From Dipteris shenzhenensis (taxonomy: Eukaryota): DNA of 64,000 bases. Below the pieces are notes generated by a model. The model saw only the letters and a list, made by a program, of their open reading frames with translations. It ran no database searches and had not been told where the DNA came from. Positions within the stretch are counted from its first letter, which is position 1; every line of letters begins with the position of its first letter. The translations under genes were made by a program, and so were the position numbers. Location of the stretch: the NCBI GenBank assembly GCA_047967505.1, contig CM106538.1; one strand, 5' to 3'. Of this stretch, positions 59,801 through 64,000 are shown one piece after another.

Positions 59801-61242
59801 TTTATAAGATCAAGCACAATGCAGATGGTTCTGTGAATAGATACAAGGCAAGATTAGTTGTCAAGGGGTATGCACAGACATATGGCATTGATTATGAAGA
59901 AACTTTCAGCCCGGTTGCAAGGATGGCAACCGTAAGAGCAGCCATTGCTATGGCTGCATCAAAGGGATGGTCTTTACATCAGATGGATGTAAAGAATGCC
60001 TTCTTGCATGGTGATTTGCAAGAAGAGGTCTTTATGGAGCAGCCAGCAGGTTATGTTCATGCTACTCATCCTGAGTTTGTTTGCAGGTTGAAGAAAGCCT
60101 TGTATGGCTTGAAGCAAGCACCTAGAGCATGGTCTAACAAGATAGGACAGTATCTTGTCACTATTGGCTTTCAGATTTCCAAGGCAGATTTCTTACTCTA
60201 TGTGAGAAAAACAGAGAAAGGGATTATGCTGCTAGTCATTTATGTTGATGATTTGATCATCACAGGTGATAGTGATGAAGATATCCTTCATGTGAAAATG
60301 CTATTGAGGCAGAAGTTTGAGATGAAGGATTTGGGAGAGCTGCGTTATTTCTTGGGCATTGAGGTGATTAGATCACCAAGTGGGATACAGCTCTTGCAGA
60401 GGCAGTATGGATTGGACATGCTGTCCAAATATGGGATGACAGGCTGTAAGCCTATTTTAGTTCCTTTGGAGCAGAATGTGAAGCTGAGCACAGATGCAGG
60501 TGAGCTTCTGGAAGACCCTACTATGTACAGACGCATAGTAGGAAGTTTGATTTACATGACTATTACCAGGCTAGATTTGAGCTATGCTGTTGGGTTGGTA
60601 AGTCAGTTTATGCAGGCTCCAAGGAAACCGCATTTGGATGCGGCTAGACGCATACTCAGGTATGTGAAGTCCACATTGCAGTATGGACTATTTTATGAGG
60701 CTGGGGTTCAGATCCAGTTGCATGGATACACTGATGCTGATTGGGCTGGTAGCATTTCTGATAGACGATCTACCAGTGGATATGTATTCTCTTTTGGGAG
60801 TGCTGCAGTCACTTGGAGCAGCAAGAAACAGCCTACAGTTGCCTTGTCGAGCATAGAGGCTGAGTACAGGGGTGCAGCAATGGTTGCATGTGAGGTAGCT
60901 TGGTTGCATAAGCTACTCTATGATATGCATCAGTCTACAGATGGGCCGGTTGTCATTTATTGTGACAACATGAGCAGTATACACTTGGCAAAGAACCCAG
61001 TCTTTCATGCCAGAACAAAGCACATTGAGGTGCATTATCACTATGTGCGGGAGAAGGTTTTACTAGGTCTTATTGATCTAGTTTATGTCAGCACAGAGGA
61101 TCAGGTAGCTGACATATTCACGAAAGCATTGGGCGCAGAGAAGCTGCGCAAGTTCAGAGACCTGCTTGGTGTGCAGGATTTGGGATTGAGCTCGAGGGGG
61201 AGTGTTGAGATATCGAGCTCCACTCGAGATATGCCAGGGTGA
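56878..61242 (+). CDS. Copia gag-pol polyprotein (gag, CCHC knuckle, protease, integrase, RT, RNase H)
   Basis: First ATG 56878; CYYCGKMGHMAKDC, WYVDSGASNHM, RSDGGGEY, QNGIAERKNR, YVDDL, YTDADWAG; no internal stop; stop codon lies inside the 3' LTR. Confidence 0.97.
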   Translation: MASDSLSQIVTEKLDKNNFQAWKFRMTNFLMGKGYWEFITGNEEEPVLPNVPSQQEMQAFKGWHERARKVMYWLSISISDSMIVHIQDASTPKEAWDTLAKMYSTNTQARKMQLKQELHNVQRENLSINDYHMKVKKIADALASIGSPVDDDDLVSVTLNGLGKDYAQFRTSIAVRENFPDFEELIALLISEEQRNGGASSSGGTSKETVFYSNAGRGRGRGRGGRSSGHGRNQNMQQTQENQSYAGGRGNSRGRGSQRGRGGWQRSQNANSNVECYYCGKMGHMAKDCYKKQNDIMSGKLQQGNYASSSRQGDDRNEHLFMVQHMTNSVTSAEEQNDVWYVDSGASNHMTGHAEWMQDARKMEKPGFVETGDDTAHPIVQIGKIPLSMQDGKKKYLSDVFHVPNITKNLVSVGQMVEQGLQVRFNPHGCFVEDMKNNGRLIAKGKKKGRMFTLDADMPKLSAAMFAHGTGVVADIDIWHKRIGHVNIQRLKSTQAQNIVAGLPKFKDAEMHKVCEACQFGKQARKPFPRHVQESKKPLELIHSDVWTTKAASIGGCHYFVTFIDDFSRKLWVYFMKKKSEVFGHFKAFKAMVEKETGLQIKCLRSDGGGEYLSNEFARFLQEHGIKQQYSCSHTPQQNGIAERKNRHIGEVSRAMLNEKYLPDYYWAEAVATAVYIMNRTPTAAIHGMTPEEMYTGRKPDISHLKIFGCIAYVHVPDELRSKLDPKAEKCIFIGYSLQQKGYRCYNPSTRKFTVSRDVVFDEMSNWYKPVNVMIDVDAQNGNAAQNAQQQSQNISGPGVSSTSGSHTSPWTSRLRLGESPQSNADSGTQVSRKGKEKVDQPMFDVNAGHSYVDGESSGSEQSIDDELGIPSVVTPGVRKTKDVLRAPGSEPIVRRSTRVRYPVDRMKYDGFTAIHYAYMVKKIQEPEPTSFEQAMGNEKWEKAMDEEMDALDANATWELVPLPKGKNAIGCKWVYKIKHNADGSVNRYKARLVVKGYAQTYGIDYEETFSPVARMATVRAAIAMAASKGWSLHQMDVKNAFLHGDLQEEVFMEQPAGYVHATHPEFVCRLKKALYGLKQAPRAWSNKIGQYLVTIGFQISKADFLLYVRKTEKGIMLLVIYVDDLIITGDSDEDILHVKMLLRQKFEMKDLGELRYFLGIEVIRSPSGIQLLQRQYGLDMLSKYGMTGCKPILVPLEQNVKLSTDAGELLEDPTMYRRIVGSLIYMTITRLDLSYAVGLVSQFMQAPRKPHLDAARRILRYVKSTLQYGLFYEAGVQIQLHGYTDADWAGSISDRRSTSGYVFSFGSAAVTWSSKKQPTVALSSIEAEYRGAAMVACEVAWLHKLLYDMHQSTDGPVVIYCDNMSSIHLAKNPVFHARTKHIEVHYHYVREKVLLGLIDLVYVSTEDQVADIFTKALGAEKLRKFRDLLGVQDLGLSSRGSVEISSSTRDMPG

Positions 61243-61555
61243 CCGTTGTGTACTTATGTCACCGACTTGTTAGCTGGAGATGCGGTTGGTACACCACCCA
61301 CGAATAATAGCTGGATGACAGCTATCCTTATCTACTATAGTTTGTGGCTCAGTTAGTATGCCACCTTAGTTAGTTGAGTTTGGTTTGAGACCCACATATA
61401 GGGTTCTTCTATTTCTTTGTACTTGAGTTCTTTTGGCTTACACAACTAAGAAGAGGAAAACTGTTTTCAGCCTCCACCTTTGTGTGTATTCCCCCATTTG
61501 TGATTGTGAGAAAGCCGCAAGTGAGACTCCTTCCCTCTCTCCCACAATCTTCACA
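61203..61555 (+). repeat. 3' LTR
   Basis: TGTTGAGA...TTCACA, follows the PPT. Confidence 0.97.
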
Positions 61556-62866
61556 TTTTCCACCAAACCTTCCAATCATGCTACAATGTGGACACCCATG
61601 CATTGTGAGATTAGATAATGCATCCCCTCAAGTAGCTCCTATGCCCCACACTTTTCCTCATCATTACCCATCCCTTGACAAAAACCTTAGATTAATTGTG
61701 CTCTTTAATGCTTCTTCCTTTTATCCCGCACCTACTTCCACTCACCTACACTCATACAAATGAATAATAATACTCTTTCCTTGTTTTCATCCCTTACCCA
61801 CTCACATAAACTCATACTAAGGCAAATCTCCATTTTTCAATGAATAGAGGGATATACACTCTATTGACACCTTAATTCTTATTTAAAGCATTTATAAAAC
61901 TCATCTACTTATTGCTCTCTTATAGAACATTTAGAGTTGTATGTTCATAGTGCCCTTTCCACAACAACTGATGCACTTCATCTTCTAATAGCTAGTATCA
62001 CATAAACACCTCAACAAGGAAGGTGTAGGCACTCTATTGATTAGCTATGGGTGATTTCATGAATATTTCTAATGGCCATTATTATTACTAGGATTCACAC
62101 TAAGATTCAAGCTTTTCTAACAAAAAATGACTTAGAATTTTATTGCGAAAGACAAATAGCATCAAAATTAACATAAGATAAAGCATGAATGTAGGTCCAT
62201 TGGAGTTAGATTGATCTTAGAATTAGTATCACAAATTTCCATGGTTTCACCACCACCTATTTCGAATCTAACTTTTACAAAAACATTTGCATCTATAGCA
62301 AGGCTATTGATTTTGGGAAAATATTTGTTAGGGCATAGCCAATTCCCTCAACCACATGTGCGTGCGTGTGCGTGTGCATGTGTGTGTGCGTGTGCGTGCC
62401 TTTTGTCTATACAAATTGACCTTTGAGCCTCATGTGGGGTTCCTCCCCTTCACTAGGACCTACCTACATGGATCGCACAACCCCTTCGACATCTACCACA
62501 GCTCTCACATCTTATACAACCCTATCAGGGATTAAATAAGTACATCTATTTTGAATAAAATACATACTTTTTTATTTAAAATTGCATCCCGATGCCTTAA
62601 ATGCAAAAAAACACTTTTTTTCCACCAATCAAACGTGACTTGTCGACCGGGAAAATACTACAAGGTATGCCCAGTTACCGTGCGATATATCCCTCCTCAT
62701 ACTATGCGGTGTAACACCACATCGTGGAGTATGTATCATATCACATAGTACCATACCCCTACCGTGTGATGCATTTTAAGACACCACATGTCACATCAAG
62801 GACCGTTCAATTTTCTAGAGTTTCCAATCATGGCTGTTGAGACACTGCACGGTCAGTGGAGGTACC

Positions 62867-63832
62867 ATGTGGTATCTCTATGATAGGTCATCAAAGATTC
62901 CCACCCTTGCCCTTGCATTCTTTGCAAATGAACCGCATGCACAGTTGTCACTTCCGTCTGTCTGTCCGTCTGGTGAGTTTCCATCCTTTGGTGTTAATTA
63001 GTCGAGCCAAGTGATGGCCCACCTTGGTAGGTCAAAATCACCTTGTCGTGGTTGACTGTAGGATGTTAGAGAGGGAAAGAGATAGATATATATAGAGAGA
63101 GAGAGGGAAAGAGAGAGAGAAAAGAAAGAGAAAGCAAGAGATGCATGTTTGTGTATCAGTTAGGCCTAGAGATGACCCACTTCGGTCGGGCGAAATCGCC
63201 TCACCTCAACTAACGTGTGTAATAGAATAATAAAGATTGAAGCCAGGTGATGGCTTGCATCTACCAATTGGTTCCACATGTTTTGATCTTCTTATATATC
63301 ATATCTATTTATGTATTATTTATATACATAGGTGTCAGTGGAGTCGAGTTTTATCCAGATGATGGCTCGCTATTGCCGGTAATTCTCGTATAAGTTGAAT
63401 GACATATGTCCATTTTGTTAATGGATTTTGGAGATGATGGAATAAATTATAATATGTTCCCATGCTGTATTGCGCGTATTTGCAAATTACTATCTTTTTT
63501 AATGTTAATTTTTCAAAAACAGAGTTTTGAGTGCTGTATTTTAAATGTTACGATATTCTTAAATGTTGAGCGATTTTAATCATTGAGTTGTTACAAATTG
63601 ATACTCTTCAGACGCTCTGCAATCGCAAACATGTTAGTGATCTTGCTCTCCATCCTGGCTACCCTCGTATTGATCATGCTGCTATATGGCATGTTCACTA
63701 TTTTGTGGTAATCTTGGCACCATCGTAATATTTAGCACTTGCTTTATAAAAAGTTTTTGTTGGCTGAAATGAATCTCATCATGTTTGCAGCATATTCTCT
63801 ATGCACATGGACAATGGTTTGTACAAAATTGA
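62867..63832 (+). CDS. Putative multi-exon host gene of unknown function (exons 62867-62972, 63332-63378, 63612-63632, 63791 onward)
   Basis: GT-AG boundaries (TCTG|gtgagt, catag|GT, CCG|gtaatt, ttcag|AC, CAT|gttagt, tgcag|CA) are phase-compatible and give ...SLPSVCPSGVSGVEFYPDDGSLLPTLCNRKHHILYAHGQW...; T-rich introns; start and end uncertain. Confidence 0.45.
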
Positions 63833-64000
63833 GGCCCTTTGTCCATTTGGAATACACAAGGCATGGAGAAGTTGCACTATAGAGCCAAGGTAGCCTACTT
63901 CAAGAACTCAAGGCATGGTGGTGGTGTCACTCGTAGCAATGCATTGCATGAGATGTTCGACTGGTTTTTTAGATGTTTACTAGGAAGGACTTTGAATTCT

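Larger units (their letters stand above)
55524..61555 (+). mobile_element. Full-length Ty1/Copia LTR retrotransposon
   Basis: TG...CA LTRs of 353 bp; PBS TGGTATCAGAGC at 56335; PPT GAGGGGGAG before 61203; flanks ATTTC/TTTTC (5-bp TSD with one mismatch); single gag-pol ORF. Confidence 0.98.

Overview
Repeat-dense land-plant nuclear DNA; no prokaryotic features, RNA genes or CRISPR arrays were seen. Most of the window is nested and truncated transposons. Four Ty1/Copia LTR retrotransposons are present, one full-length at 55524-61555 with an uninterrupted gag-pol ORF. There is also a solo LTR, two 5'-truncated copies of one LINE family, several CACTA/En-Spm remnants with CACAA-type termini, and a decayed Helitron encoding a PIF1 helicase followed by an APE-type endonuclease. 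Host genes are one intronless DREB-type AP2/ERF gene (53474-54136) and a probable small-exon gene near the right end. The most interesting signal is a family of TIR elements with CATTAGG...CCTAATG ends and large internal palindromes. One copy sits inside a LINE target-site duplication, so the second TSD copy serves as an in-window empty site and shows insertion with no TSD. Also notable: a 458-bp Gypsy gag fragment inserted into only the 5' LTR of the young Copia, and an endonuclease-bearing Helitron with a canonical hairpin/TAG 3' end. All family assignments come from motif recognition by eye, not database searches.
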